Source: Octopus vulgaris (Eukaryota). From it: 64,000 bases of DNA. A model generated the notes under the pieces. That model was not told the origin of the DNA. It saw nothing but the letters and a program-made list of their open reading frames with translations, and ran no database searches. The DNA lies in the NCBI GenBank assembly GCA_951406725.2, contig OX597815.1:372001-436000 (forward strand). The letters are read 5' to 3'. Below, one piece after another: positions 12,040-26,001 of the stretch. Within the stretch, counting starts at the first letter, position 1; each line of letters starts with the position of its first letter. A program made the translations under genes and the position numbers.

Positions 12040-14530
12040 TGCTCGTTTATATATGGTGGAGGTGGTGATATATACAAAACAATCAAACAATAATAATTAA
12101 AGAAGCAGATAAAGCGGGTGCAAGGATTTGGTTGAAGACCAACTGAAGGACAGAACCTTCTATTGTGAGATACCTTCAAATATAGACCACCATACCATGA
12201 AGAAGATCAACAACTTGGCTTCAAAACACTACAACTCACTTACTGATAATGAAAGACACTGCATCACTAAGTTCAAGCCGAAACCCAGCAACTTGTATGG
12301 CTTACAGAAAATACATAAGTCAAAAGATATTCAACATGGAGTAAAGGAACCAGAAAGTACATAAAATTACTACATCCCAAAGGCTTAAAACTCAGACCTA
12401 TGATCCAGCATGCCTTACCCACCGTCTAAACAGTTTTATTGACTTTGTTTTGAAACCACTATGTACCTCCATACCCAGTTTCATCCTTTCATGACTTCAA
12501 CTTCCTGTCCCATCTTCCCAACACAACAGAACCGAATTCACTTTTATTTAGTTTTGATGTGGTAAGCCCTTCCACCAATATCCTCATGATTTAGGAATAA
12601 AGGTGATTAATTACTGGGTAGAAAAACATAGAGAAGTGATTCCCAACAGATTCACAGCGTCATATTAGACACAGTCAGACTTATTCTGGGAAACAACACA
12701 TTCTTCAATGGAAAGAATTACATCCAGATTTAAAGCATGGCGATGGGAATGAGGTTTGCTCCTGTTTGCACAAACTCAGGAATGGGATACTTTAGAACAA
12801 CAACTCTACCAAGAAGTAGAGGAAAGCTCTAGCACTGAATTTAGAAAGTATATTAAAAAGGCATGGAAAAGATAGCTTGCTGGACAGAATCTCTAAATAC
12901 TCTGGAAGAGTTCAATATCCTCCTGAACAACCTACACCCATCTCTCCAATTTACAAAGCTGATGAGTAGTACCAAATTACCATTCCCAGATATAATGGTA
13001 ATTAAGAAGGACACCACCATCACCACAGATATATACTATAAACACATGGACACACATCAATACCTGAATTTTAAGTCGTGCCATCCACCACATACAAAAC
13101 GCAACATCTCATACTGCTTAACCAGAAGAATTTGCACCATCGTAGGAGATGCAAATATCAGGAACAAATACCTAACAGAACTAAAGGGATTTTTGCTCAA
13201 ACAAAAATACCTGTCTCTACTTATAGAAGATAGCATACAGCGAGTTATAAAAATACCCATACAACAACTGAGAACAACCCAATAACGAGGAAAACCGGAG
13301 CAAGACATACCATTTATTGTGACACATAGTCCATGTCACCAGAATATCTTCAACATTGTGAAAGCAAACCTATCAGTCATTGCTCAAAGCAGTGAATTAA
13401 AAGATATAATCACAGATTGAGCTATGGTTCTTAGTAAAAGATAACTGAAAAACTTGAAAAAATTATTAACAAAGGCAAAGTTTGACCTTAGCAACAAAGA
13501 CCAATCATTCACTGTATTTAAATGCAATGATAGCCAATGTGACACATGCCACTTCATATATACCGGCCAATATATGAACATGGAAACTGGAAAAATATTC
13601 ATGAACGCAAATATGAACTGCAAAAGCAGAAATTTAATTTATTGCATCAAATGGCCAAATTGTGAAGAACTTTATGTGGATCAGATTGGAAACACACTAT
13701 CAGAATGTTCACATGTGTACCAACAGCAAATTAGGGACACAGATGTCCATCAGATACTTTTGAGTGACCATCATGCGGTTGGAAAATATTTATAATATTT
13801 CCATTCCACAAACGACCGAGTCCCAGAAAAATTGAGAGAAAAATCCGAGAAAAGAACTTCACTGATAAATTCCAACCCAAGCAAATAATAATAATAATAC
13901 TTAGAAGTACTGTTTCTACTGCTATGACCACTACAACAAACAACAGCAACAACAGTACTAAATGATGATGATGATGATGATAGCAGGAAAATTCTTGCTA
14001 AGTCAAGAGAAAAGTCAGTAAAAATAATCTCATTTAGGGTTTAAAGTTCTGTTACCACAGCTACTCCTACCATCACCACCAACAACAACAACAATAATAA
14101 AGGTGATGATAATGGTGATTATGATAACTGAAATGTAAAAATCCCTGGGAAATGTTGTATACAACATTTCTAAAAATAGCCAAACAATTACTGCTTTGGC
14201 CCGGGTCAAAATCCAGGTCTCTTGACATGACCAACAAACCATGATGCCTAAACCAAATACCAATCAACTTAAGTAATTTAGTGAAGCTATACATTAATTG
14301 GTCAGAATACAATTTGCAAAACTTAACATCCTGGAGCCTATATGAATGTTTTTAAGGCACACATTTTAGCCATCTCACTACAGTTGTCAATTGTAAAACA
14401 TAACTGTCACCGCTACTACACAAACCTGAAGATTGCATGAAAGTACAAGTTCAGTCAGGTGACATATTTAATATTCTTTCATTCCATTATTTTCTAAGAT
14501 TATAAATAAAACACGAAAATAAGACAAAGT
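12040..14530 (+). mobile_element. Decayed Penelope-like element (RT + GIY-YIG + pLTR)
   Basis: LYGLQKIHK, ISFDVVS, MAMGMRFAP, LNNLHPSLQFT...TDIYYKHMDTHQYLNFKSCHP, CNDSQCDTC...CKSRNLIYCI; many stops and frameshifts; degenerate CTGAAGA motif near 14425. Confidence 0.88.
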
Positions 14531-14954
14531 TGCAATTCCTTTGATTCATATATTCTTCTCTACACAATTGTACACACCCATGTCTCTACACACATACACA
14601 CATTCAAATATACTCATGCATGTGTGTCTGTAGACCATCCCTTTTATCTTTCTTACCTTATCTCTGCTTGATATTGATATTTCTCTTCAGCTCATTTCCA
14701 TCCTTGCCCAGCACTCACTACATTCACCTTTATCCACATCTCTCCTCACATTTTTATGAAATTACACCTTTTTCTTCTCCTCCTCCTGATCCACTGTCCA
14801 TTTCTTTTATGCTCACCTTTTTGTACCTTGAGAGTTTGGTCTTGTACATTATCACTAATAATCTTAGCTTCTTTCCAGTTTCTCCCACTCACCCATATGT
14901 AAGTAAAGTAGCCACGTATCTCCTCTATTCCCCCCTTCAATAATGGTCTGAAAC

Positions 14955-15400
14955 TAGTAGTTCTTGGGATTTAAATTTGGCGAGTTTGGAGGCCAAAAAT
15001 TTGGCATTACCTGATCATAAAGATTGTGTGACATCCATTCTTAGGCTTTATGGGCTTTGTGAAACGTAAATGCTCTTCCACTGCATACCTCATCCATCCA
15101 GGGATTAACAACTGTCTTTAGGACCATGACATTAATTCCGAGACTCTGTGGAGAGATGTGAGCCACCACGACATGACCTTCATTGCTCATCACTTCTAAA
15201 ACCACTCAAGGTGTTGGAACCACTTTGGGACATCAGAAGGATCTGCACATGATCCTCTGTCATTTCTCTTGTTAGAGTTTTGGTCTTGATTGAAGATTTT
15301 CATATCAGAGAAGAATCAAAGCATGCCATGTTTGTCAGCATTTTTAACCTTGCTAAGTAACTACTTGGCTGATAGCCAGATCCATCTTACACATGATAGC
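14955..15400 (-). mobile_element. Tc1/mariner (maT/DD37D-like) transposase fragment
   Basis: Minus strand reads SDMKIFNQDQNSNKRNDR and VLKTVVNPWMDEVCSGRAFTF...EWMSHNLYDQVMPNFWPPNSPNLNPKNY. Confidence 0.72.
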
Positions 15401-16414
15401 AGCTGTTTGACATCATCTTCATCATCATCGTTTTATGTCCGCTTTCCATGCTGGTATGGATTGAACGGTTTGACTGAGGACTGGTGAGCCGGAGGCTACG
15501 CCAGGCTCAATCTGATCTGGCAGAGTTTCTACAGCTGGATGCCCTTCCTAATGCTGACCACTCTGAGAGTGTAGTGGGTGCTTTTATGTGCCACCAGATC
15601 GAGGGCCAGTCAGGCAGTTCTGTCAACGAACATGCTTCAAAGGTGTTTTTACGTGCTACCTGCACGGGAGCCAGTCTGGCGGCACTGGCAATGACCACGC
15701 TCAAATGTTGTTTTTCACGTGCCACCAGCACATATGCTGGCAATGATCACACTCGAATGGTGCTTTTCATGTGTCACCGGCACGGGAGCCAATCCGTGGC
15801 CCTGACAATGATCACGCTCAGATGTGCTCTTAATGTGCCACTGGCACGAGTGCCAATCAGGCAGTACAACACCACAAATCAGCAATGCTCAGGTACTGTA
15901 TGAGTGCATGCAGAACAGTTTCACTACTTTGCTTGTGTCTTGGGCTGGCAGCACTACTTTGTCTATCGAATCTATTCCAAACCAGCCTTGCCCCTCTAGC
16001 ATCATTGTCAGGGAATTATCCATGGATCCTGGCTGAAAAGTCCTCTTTCATTGATACCCAGATTTCCCCAAGGATGTCAATGCTTATACCCACTACTAAT
16101 CCTCAACGGAACACTATGGTGGAACATCCACAGATTGCATTGCAAAACTGGTGGAGGGCTGTGAGCTCCTGATGATACTTGAGATATCAGACACCCAGCC
16201 TCAGTCTATGGTTGATCCAGGACTGCAGCTTTGCCAAAGAGATGAGCTGCAGTGAAGTGTATATCATAGTAATAAAGATTACTTCTTACAAAGGCACACT
16301 GTAAGGGGTTTGTATATTACGTTAAACCCAGTATTTCATTGATACATATTTTATTGGGTCCTTCTGGATGAGTTGAATCTAAGTTGAGCTTGGCAGGATT
16401 TGAACTCAGAGACT

Positions 16415-17452
16415 TAGGGCCAGAAAGATCTAGTATGGAAAAGGAGGCTGTGGAAACTCAAAGATCCTTTAAACGGACAGAGACTTAGAGATATCCTTAA
16501 TGAGGCCTTTGATGAGATGGAGGGAGAAATAGAGATAAATGACATAGAGAACGACTGGAAGTTCCCATGGGGCAATCTATGAAGGGCAACAGACAGGGGA
16601 CAGGTCTGGAAAGAGTAGAAAAGAGTGGGTAGCAAAGAATCTTATCAGAGGGCTAAAAGGGGGGCTAGACATCAGGACAAAGAAAGTTTCCCTCATGTGA
16701 GTCCAATAGAGGGACCAGCTGTCCTAGTGGACAGTAGTATGGTACTTAAGAAGATGAAAATTAGGAAAGCCCCTGGTCCATCTGGAATCCTGGCTGAGAT
16801 GTTCAAAATATCTGGTAAGTCAATCAGGTCATTCAGGAAGGTGTAATACCCAGAGACTGGCATAGCAGCATTATTGTTAGCTGCTACAAGGGTAAAGGTG
16901 ATGCTTTAGATAGAAGCAATTATAGAGGCATCAAACACCTGGACCAGGTGGTGGAAATTAGAGAGAGAGAGTCATAGCCCAATTAATTAGGAGAGCAGAA
17001 TTAGGTTAGACAAAATGCAGTTAGGCTTTGTCCAGGGAAGAAGCACTACTGACACTATTTTCATAGTCAGGCAACTGCAAGAGAAGTGCTTAGCTAAGAA
17101 TAAGCCATTATGCTTGGTATTTGTCGATCTAGAGAAAGTCTTCAATAGTGTTATGTGATATAGTGGACTGTGAAGAGGCCAGGGATGGATGAGTGGTTGG
17201 TAAAAGCTGCCCAGGCCATGTACAAAGACACATAAAAAGCACCTGTGCAGTACCATGGAAAAATTCCCATGTGTTGCCACATAATAGCACCCATGCAGTG
17301 CCATATAAAAGCATCTCTGTGGTGCCTCATAAAAGCATGGGCATCCAGCAATAGAACCCATGCCAAATCAGGCTGGAGCCTGGTGCAGCTCTGGTCAAAC
17401 CATCCAACCCATGCCAACATAGACAACTGACGTTAAGTGATGATGATGATGA
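16415..17452 (+). mobile_element. RTE LINE internal fragments with 3' end
   Basis: KAPGPSGILAEM, YKGKGDAL, QGRSTTDTIF, QLQEK; (GAT)n tail. Confidence 0.75.
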
Positions 17453-17454
17453 TC

Positions 17455-18860
17455 TGTAATTACTACAAACAACCATTTTGTCCAACACTAATAATTCTGT
17501 CAGTCTACTGCTTCAATTATATTAACAATTCACTGGGATGGCCATGGAACCCAGAATGGGCTCTCACTAAGCTGACCTGTTTTCTGGCACACATTGAGGC
17601 CCAACTTGTCACTCATTACCAATCCTCCGCCCCACTTCTTTATCCAGCAACAGCTTTAATCCTTTCACTTTACTCTCAACTTCACATTTATATTCTCCCA
17701 GATGTGATAACTTCTTGGACATCACTGTATCTATTAAGCATTTCAGCCCCTCCTCTCTTCAACAAATCCACTGATGGCCACTCCTTTGATTTTACTTCAT
17801 CCACCCACTGCTCATACCATCTCTGCCAACCCCTTTTCACAATTCCTTAATCAGCATGTCTGTTATCCAGGTAACACCAAATAATCCTCTACTTCACACC
17901 ACTTACATTCACCCACCAATCTATCGCCAACTGCCTTTCTGTATTCCTCACCATTTCCTGCTTTGACCACCTTCACTGCAACATCCAATGGCACTTTTGT
18001 CTCTTATAATCTGACTTTGCTACTTCCCACTTCTGGAATGGTCTCTCCTTTCCTTCACAAGTGGCCTCTATCTTCATGATTTTCCAATCCACCCTCCGAA
18101 TCCTTTGCTTGCTTCCTCTTCAGATGCCAGAGCTGTCCTAACATCACACTTTCCCTCCCCCCGCCTCCTCATCTTTTTTTCTGACACATTTCTCATTTAG
18201 CCAATTCCTATGTTGTATTATATATTAGAAAAATAAGGCAGAATTAACAGGTTGATGTCTAACATAAGAACTACAACCTTTAAACCATCATTTCAATTGT
18301 CATAGACATTCCCACATCTTTCTACTGAAGTCTCTTTACACTATGGATCCATCACTTTTTCATTGCATAATAACAAACTGATTTTTGTTTCCAGTAAGCT
18401 ACCCTGCAAGAATTAACAATTATCTGTTGTTTCATAACATGGCCTCTCCCCCCACCCTATAAACAGCCTCTCTCTATTTCACGTCTTCTTCTGTCCTTCT
18501 CTCACATCATCCAGCTCTTCTAGCCTTTATGCATCCACATGACATTGCATCATTTATGCATCCACATGACATTGCATCCCCCATTTGTTACCCCTACACA
18601 CACAAGCTCACACATCAAACTCTTCACCCGTTATCTTCCTTTCACTGAATCTCTATTCAACCAAGAAACCCATTTCAGTTTTAACACTTCTAATCGCCAT
18701 TCTTTTGCGTGTTTCATGCATTGTAGAACCATTTTATTTTCCCCTTGTTTTCTCCTTTCTCTGTCTCTTGATGAAGGACTTGCTACCCCAAAACGTTAGA
18801 CCCTCTTCTCTTCCTTACTGTGTATTCCTGCTTGTTTTGTTCCTGAAATCTTGATGCATC
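17455..18860 (+). mobile_element. Highly decayed Penelope-like element 3' part
   Basis: LFNKSTDGHSFDFTSSTH (cf. YxKPTDSHSYLxxxSSH), PFSQFL, HTFPPPP; degenerate hammerhead tctcTTGATGAagg...cccAAAACGTTaga at about 18764-18800. Confidence 0.6.
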
Positions 18861-20229
18861 TGATCCCACTTCTTGTGCAAACACAGTTTACATCAACTAA
18901 ACACTATGGAATTCCTTCTTCATTTTGAACTTGGCAGTTCAGAATCATGTCTTCTTTATTGTTAACTAAAACCTCATTCTCTGCTCAATTTACCTTGAGA
19001 TGTTTGTGTTTAAGGTTTCTTCTCAAGAACTATCAATATAGAAGGGCTGTGATAAGCACCTGGCTGCATGCTAAATTCCTCATTGAATATTTTGCTGACT
19101 GAATCTTGATACAGCTTGTAGGAACTCTGTGAGAAATGTTATCAGGTGGAACAAAGTGAGTCAGGGATGAGGGAATTCCTGTCAACATTCAAAGGGTTAT
19201 GAATTTTCTTTAGCTTTTAGGGAGGGACTAGTCAGATATTCACGGGGCTTTTTTTCGGTTCACCAGACTTCTCTTTTAGCCTTCACCTTTAACTCGCAAA
19301 CCCTTCACCTACACTAAGTTCCTTTAGCAACCACCAGACTATAAGGATGGGATATGCTGTCAAAGGCCTTTTCCCCTTGGTTCTGTAACAGCTGCTGCTC
19401 TTTCTGTGGTTGTTTCATTATGAACACAGTCATGTTCTAGCATGTTCTGCAGTTTAAGCATAATGGGGCAGTGGTGGTGGGGCGAGAGAAGTTAAGAAGT
19501 TCATTTTGTAATGACCACATGGTTGCAAACTTGACCAATATGTTAATTAATTCAGTAGACAAAAACTATGTGAATACCCATCATGTGTGTGTGTGTTTAT
19601 ATGGAGACCTGTCCATCTCAGCAAAAATGAGGCTCTAAGACCTTATTGCTTATGTCTATGCTCCTGACTGAATTTGTCTTTATCAAACCTTTTCCCGACA
19701 ACCTATCTGTCATCCATGACACTATTCACTCAGCTGCCATCATCATCATCATCATCATGGGAGCAGAACTGCATTTATTTCATCCCCTTTTCATGCTCTC
19801 CTCACCCATCCTGCATTCTCAATATCGTTTCTTACACTTCTTCATTTCTACCCCAACAATGTCAATCCTCTGGAATTCCTTCTCCGTAATTGCATTTCCT
19901 GCAATCATTGACTTAAAGATGTTTGACCCTTTTGTTACGAACCCACCTGAGGCTGCCACTTGCTTCTATGACAACAAACTTCCTGTTCTAAGGTGATCCA
20001 CATTAGTCTTCCATCAAAATTTCGTGTAAATCTATGCCCTAAAATGTAAGCTGAACAAAGACAATCCATGTAAAGGGGACAGATACTGCACCCTCTTCCC
20101 AATTAGGCAATAAAAAATAAGACAGAACTTATTTCACTTTAATTGTCAAAAAGAATTGGATCTGGCAAAGAATCACACACAAAAGAACTCTTTCTTAAAA
20201 ATATAGCATCTTTTATTTCAAAAGAGTAA

Positions 20230-21497
20230 TTCATTTGGTACATTTATTGATAAAATGAAAATTGATCTTCAAATTTATTTGACTCCATGAACGCTGGAAA
20301 AGATTTTTTTTATTGTATTTTAAATCCTGGATTATCCGTTTTCTTTGAACAATCCTGAATTAGCAAATAAACATAGAATGGTTTTTGGAGATGTTAATGA
20401 AAAATACAATGATGACAGCTGGAAGTACAACAAAGATGAAGAAATCCAAACTTGATGACATATTCTTGAAACAAACGGGTGACAAGATGACCAAGAAGCT
20501 AAAAAGAGGAAAATTTGAAACAATCGAAAAATTTCTTTTCCAAGAATTATTTCTAAAAAGTTAATATTGAACAGCTTGGCTAAGAAATGGGGGTGGGTGG
20601 GTGATGGGTACACACACATATATATATATATATACACACACTCATATATTCGGAGTGTGGGATTACTAACACATTTCAACTATTTCTATCAATTTCTCAT
20701 TTTTTTTTTTTTTTTTACACTATTTCAACATTTCCCATTTTTATGTGAGACAAGTTTTTGTGGAGACTTTCTCCCCTAATCGCATTTGGCCACTGGCTGG
20801 GCCGACAGACAATGATTATGTTCAATGTGTTACTCTAACATCACAGAGATGATGGTTAATATGGGAATTTTAATGCTCCAGCATGATGAGTCAAGAGAAT
20901 GCTATGTGGTTGCTTGACATGCTAGGAATAGTAGCCAAATGTTCCTCATTACATCCTACTGTCTTTGAAAAGGAAGGACACATTGGATGTTGTAGTTGCA
21001 GATACACTGTGATTGAAGTGTTAAAAAGCTGGAATACCTTTGATCATATGTCTATTTAACCAGGACTGACCTGTGGTTAAACAACATGACTTCAGGATGA
21101 GTTTTCTCTTGTTCAGCATTGGTTTCTACACAAGAGACTAAAACATGTGATTCTGAATCTGTTCGGTTTACAGAAGGCCAACGAGATAGCCTTGATGTGG
21201 ATAACTATAAAAAGATGGGAGAGTCATGGGTAGAGAGCTTTTCATCAAATGTTGGCTGGATGATGGTTGACCTCAAAGTAAACATTATCAATTTTCAGAA
21301 GATTGTTGATGATAAATCAAGTTTGGCTGACATTGGGATCAATGCCAGATTAAAGATTCAGACTTTGAAGACAATGATCTTTGTTGAAATATTGGAAATA
21401 ATTTGGTTTGGAACCAAAGGAATTTTTTTTAGATTAACAACTGAAAAATACAAATTTAAAATAATTTTACATTATTGTGTGTGTGTGTGTGTGGTGT

Positions 21498-21544
<47 letters not shown>

Positions 21545-22080
21545 TGTGTGTAGGCCAGGCAGGCGTCCATTTGTTCTACCGAAGTGAGTAAACTGAGAAT
21601 GAAGAAATGTTTTTGCATTATGGTGCTCCACGTTGAAGGCAAGAATTACAGGAGCATAATGTAGGGGAGGTGTGTGTTGAGGGCAGTGAACCAAGCCAAA
21701 TACATCTGGTGAATAAGATATTTTATTCAGGACCAAAATCCAGAAAACAAAGCCATTTTTTCTACTTCCTGTCCACTTTAGTTGTGAAGAAGTCACTTGG
21801 TTTGTTATTTCCATTAATCATGCAGAATTGTCTTTGGGCGGTTTTATGATTTAAATAATTTGGCCAGAATATCCTCGATAATGTTCAACAGTCAGAGTTG
21901 AGAGCCTGTAGATACATCAGAGATAGAGAGAAACGTTGGAGTTTTAGAGTTGACAGATACAGCACCAGTTATTGCCCTTAGATATTCTGATAGCCAAAGT
22001 TACCTCCCTCTCCAATCAGCACTACAGAAGGAATGGGTGAACCGGGACAATGTATACTACTGCAACGTTGGAGATGCTAC

Positions 22081-22134
<54 letters not shown>

Positions 22135-23700
22135 GCAGAGTAAATAGGTTTATAGCATGAAAGTCGTCGTTTCAACAAATATCGAAGGAGGTTTAAGAAA
22201 GGCCATCGTCATCAGCATTGATAATGTGCTGCATGTGGACGATGATGAGAGAAAGACTTGAAGGAATTGGTGTGCTGAGCTATTACGGAATTTGGACGGA
22301 CAAATGTTTACCATTTTCAGTGCTGCAGAATAACTTCAGTTGTCAGAGCTGACGTCATTTAATCTCACCAAAGCTTTTCTTATTATTTACATTTCAAAAA
22401 GAAGAAACACAAGTAAATTTTGCTCTTTCACTTGCTGCAATATGAATTTGCAGCCAGTGAGACGACGTAGAAAAGTGCAGAATTACTAAGATCACCAAAT
22501 ATTGTAACAGTGTTATCATGGAATATTCCACTGCAGAAATTTTGTTCCCTATTTCAAAGAGAGATTAAGGAAGTTTGACACTTTAATGTTTAATTCCTGA
22601 GTAAATGGAACCACAGACAAGAAAAGTAGAAATGTTGGCCAATTAAATAGTCAACAAATAAATTCCACCACTTGCTTTATGTAATAAATAAAATTACCAA
22701 ATGTGAAGAATTTCAGAGAAAATCAGAGGAGTTCCACAAATGATCTTCTGAAAACTAAGATCTTAATGGCAACATCTCAAGCAATTTATAGAAACAGGTT
22801 GTTTATCTCAAGTCTCCCAGAATTTAAGTGATTTGATGAGAAGAAAATATTTCTTGCTTTAAAATTCTAAAAGAATTTCCAAAACAAGTAACTCTTGATG
22901 ATGATACAAATAAGACAAGGCTGGCCTGGTTTCTTTGACAACAGACTCTTTGCAGACTGATGCCCTATTTTTCAGTCGCTGGGTTGAGATTTCATGAGAA
23001 ATTGTGGTTATTCCAAAGACATTAAAAGCATCTACTGCAGGATAGACTCAGAGTACAATGACATGTGGCCAGCAAATGATGAAATATAAAATTGGCTTTA
23101 TTGCTACTATTGCTAGCAGCAGCCTCATTTGCTTAGACTGAAGATAATGAACCAACAAGAAACGCTACATGGTCATTTGACCTGACAAAAATAACAGCCA
23201 AATCTTCATATCAAATCGTGTCTTAAAAAAAATACAACACTGGATAAAAGTCATGGGTAGGAATAAAAGAGAGCTGGATGGATGGTGATGGCCAAAATGC
23301 TTTGATCATAAGTATGCTTGATAGGGGCAGACTTTGGGTTAAACAACATAGTGAGCATACATGCAAAGTAGAGGAGCTGATATAGAAAAAGAAAAACAAA
23401 CAAACAAAGCAATGCCTTTTCGTTCTGTTTGTGAGATTGAATCTGAAAGAGTCTTGTACAAGTTTGAAGTGAAGAGAATAAGCATGAAGACATCGATTTC
23501 AAGAAAAACTGACAACTGGAAAGAATGAAGAGTTTTTAGTGATTTGATGGGAATCTGTTGCAACAACTAATTCCTAAATTCCTGCTAAACAAGGCATCAG
23601 CCACAAGAAAATGCAAGAATTTCTTATTTGGAAATGAAGCTAGAAATGATGTGATTCTAGTCTTTCTCAAGAGCAATACCAATACAAGGGGTGTAAATTG
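20230..23700 (+). mobile_element. Possible very old Ty3/Gypsy remnant
   Basis: Order of weak motifs: LTDTAPVIAL..LPLQSALQKE (about 21950), EGGLRKAIVISIDNVL (about 22180, YxDD-like context), IVVIPKTLK (about 23000, integrase Zn-finger lead-in). Confidence 0.3.
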
Positions 23701-25909
23701 ATTCCAGGTAAGAATTTTACATCAAGTTTACTGCTTTTCTATGAGAGTCACTAGATTTGGAGAGGGGGGGGGGAATGTCCCTCACCATTGGTGGGTGATC
23801 TCATGTAAATATATTTATGAAATAACATTAGTGTAATCTATTAGCAATTGGCTACCCTGGCCTCGTAGTGGGTGGTGAATGCAAGGAAGAATAAACTTCA
23901 GTTGATCTACAGTGAATCTAGAGGCCACGTAAAAAGAGTGAACGGTTGTGTAGGAGAGCATTGGTTGCAGATTGAGTGAGGAGTGTGACAATGGTGGGAG
24001 TTGTGGAATAATTTAGTAAAACAGACATGAAATAGAGGAATTAATGAAAGAATGTTAATGAGATCCCATTTCAAAAGAATAATTAGGGATTAAACTCAGT
24101 TTGAAGAAAGCAAATCTAATCAGGATATAAATGAGAGTAAACAAAAATGTGGTTTGAGATAATTCAAATATTTGACTCATCTTATCCAGACCAGACATCC
24201 AAATGTGTAAGATATGTGCTTTGATTGTCATCAAGTAAACTGCTTATTGTTTTCATAACGAGATAAATTACTCAGAATGTGATATGCAAAAGTACAAAAT
24301 AAATATAAAAAATGCAAACTTTCAGATGGTTAAGAAATGTCTGATACACTGAACCTTACTTACATTTTAATTGAATAATAAACGAGACAGAATCTTACTT
24401 GTTTCTGCTCTGAATAGAGTCTTTCTTAAATGTCAGGCAGCACTTTTAAAGACAATGTTTTTAAATTTGATTCTCACACAAAAAGTAAGATTTTTCAGAA
24501 AAGAAAAGCCACTGTCAGTTATATGAAATGGTAAATAAATTTCATGATTTTATTTAAAAAAAAAAACGATTTCAGAAATAGTGTCCTAATGTAACAAATC
24601 TCTCTCTCTCTCTCCAGACTATTGCCCTATAACAGTGATGACATTACAAAAGAAAGGGGATTGTTCTTATAATGGGGACGGGGTTGTTACAAGTTAAATA
24701 TCTGTCTTGGCTGAATTTTATACCTGCAAAAATTGCTGCTCTGAAAATAAATATTAAAGAAAAAAATAGATACAACCATGTTTGGTGTAAGGGGGAAATA
24801 GCTATTATTGTAAAATGGCATTTCGATTTTAAAGAATCACAGAAGAAAGTGAACAAGTTCAGAGAAATTCTGTAGAAAACTGCAAACTATGATTAAGTCT
24901 AAGCTTGAGTCAAATATGGAGTAATCACCATTTGTTGATGAGTTTTTTTTTTCCATACTGGCATGGTTGGATGGTTTAAGAGGAGCCACATTAGGGTTTA
25001 TTGTTTTGATATCGGTTCCACTGCTGGATGCCCTTCTCAATAGGAACCACTCAGCAGAGTGAACTGGGTGCTTTTCCTGTGGCACCAGCACCAGTGCTTT
25101 TTACTAAATGCTACCATATTTAATATGGCCAGTAGAGTATCTGGAATTAGTGTATCTAGATGAAGGAAATATGGTTCAAAACATGGGCAGCTGAGACAAC
25201 ACGAAATTCATTGAAATGAATTGATGTAGCAGGATGTTAACTAAATAATGTGATAAGTAGAAGGATAGATTGAGCTTGAGAAGATAGGGGCAATAACTCT
25301 GAACCTGTTTCTGTCTGATTAGACTGCTTTAGGTAATACTGTAAGGGAAGGACAATCTGACCTTTAGTAGACATGACGGGAGAGGAACAACTCTGGTCAT
25401 AGTTCAGTGTTCCATTCATGTGTGTACTAGATCAATGGTTTGTGAGGAATACACACACACATTGGATAATTATATATTTTGATGTGACAAAAAAGAAAAA
25501 AGAGGAATTCTAAAAAGTGGGTTTGATGATGTAAGTGTTTGACAGCATTGAGGCCTTACTAGATACTGGACCTTGTTTTAGGGGTTACTTGACATCATTT
25601 AATGAAAGTCACTTATTTTCTTAATAATAGTCTTTCCTCAAAAACATTCGTTCAGAGATTAAGAATGAAACATTCCAGCATTTTCTGCAAAGTGAAGGTG
25701 CATGTCATTTCAGTCATTTTTTGGTCAAATGAATCAACCGGTTTTGTGTCTTTTAAAGCCTGGTACTTCTATCAGTCTCTTTTGCTGAACCACTAAGTTA
25801 CAGAGACATCAACACCAGCTGTCAAGCAGTGCTGGGAGACAAACACAAAAACACACACATTAATATCAAACAGTGAGAATGAGTGCTCAACATTGGTAGA
25901 TATTTTTTC

Positions 25910-26001
25910 TTTGTGGGTTATACCCACATGTGTATCCCTTTGTGGGTTATACCCACATGTGTATCCCTTTGTGGGTTATGCCCACATGTGTATCCCTTTG
26001 T
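25910..26001. repeat. 29-bp minisatellite x3
   Basis: tttgtgggttatacccacatgtgtatccc, with one substitution in copy 3. Confidence 0.95.

Noticed and set aside
25910-26001. CRISPR-like palindromic 29-bp repeats
   Set aside because: The units are directly adjacent with no spacers, there are no cas genes, and the context is eukaryotic
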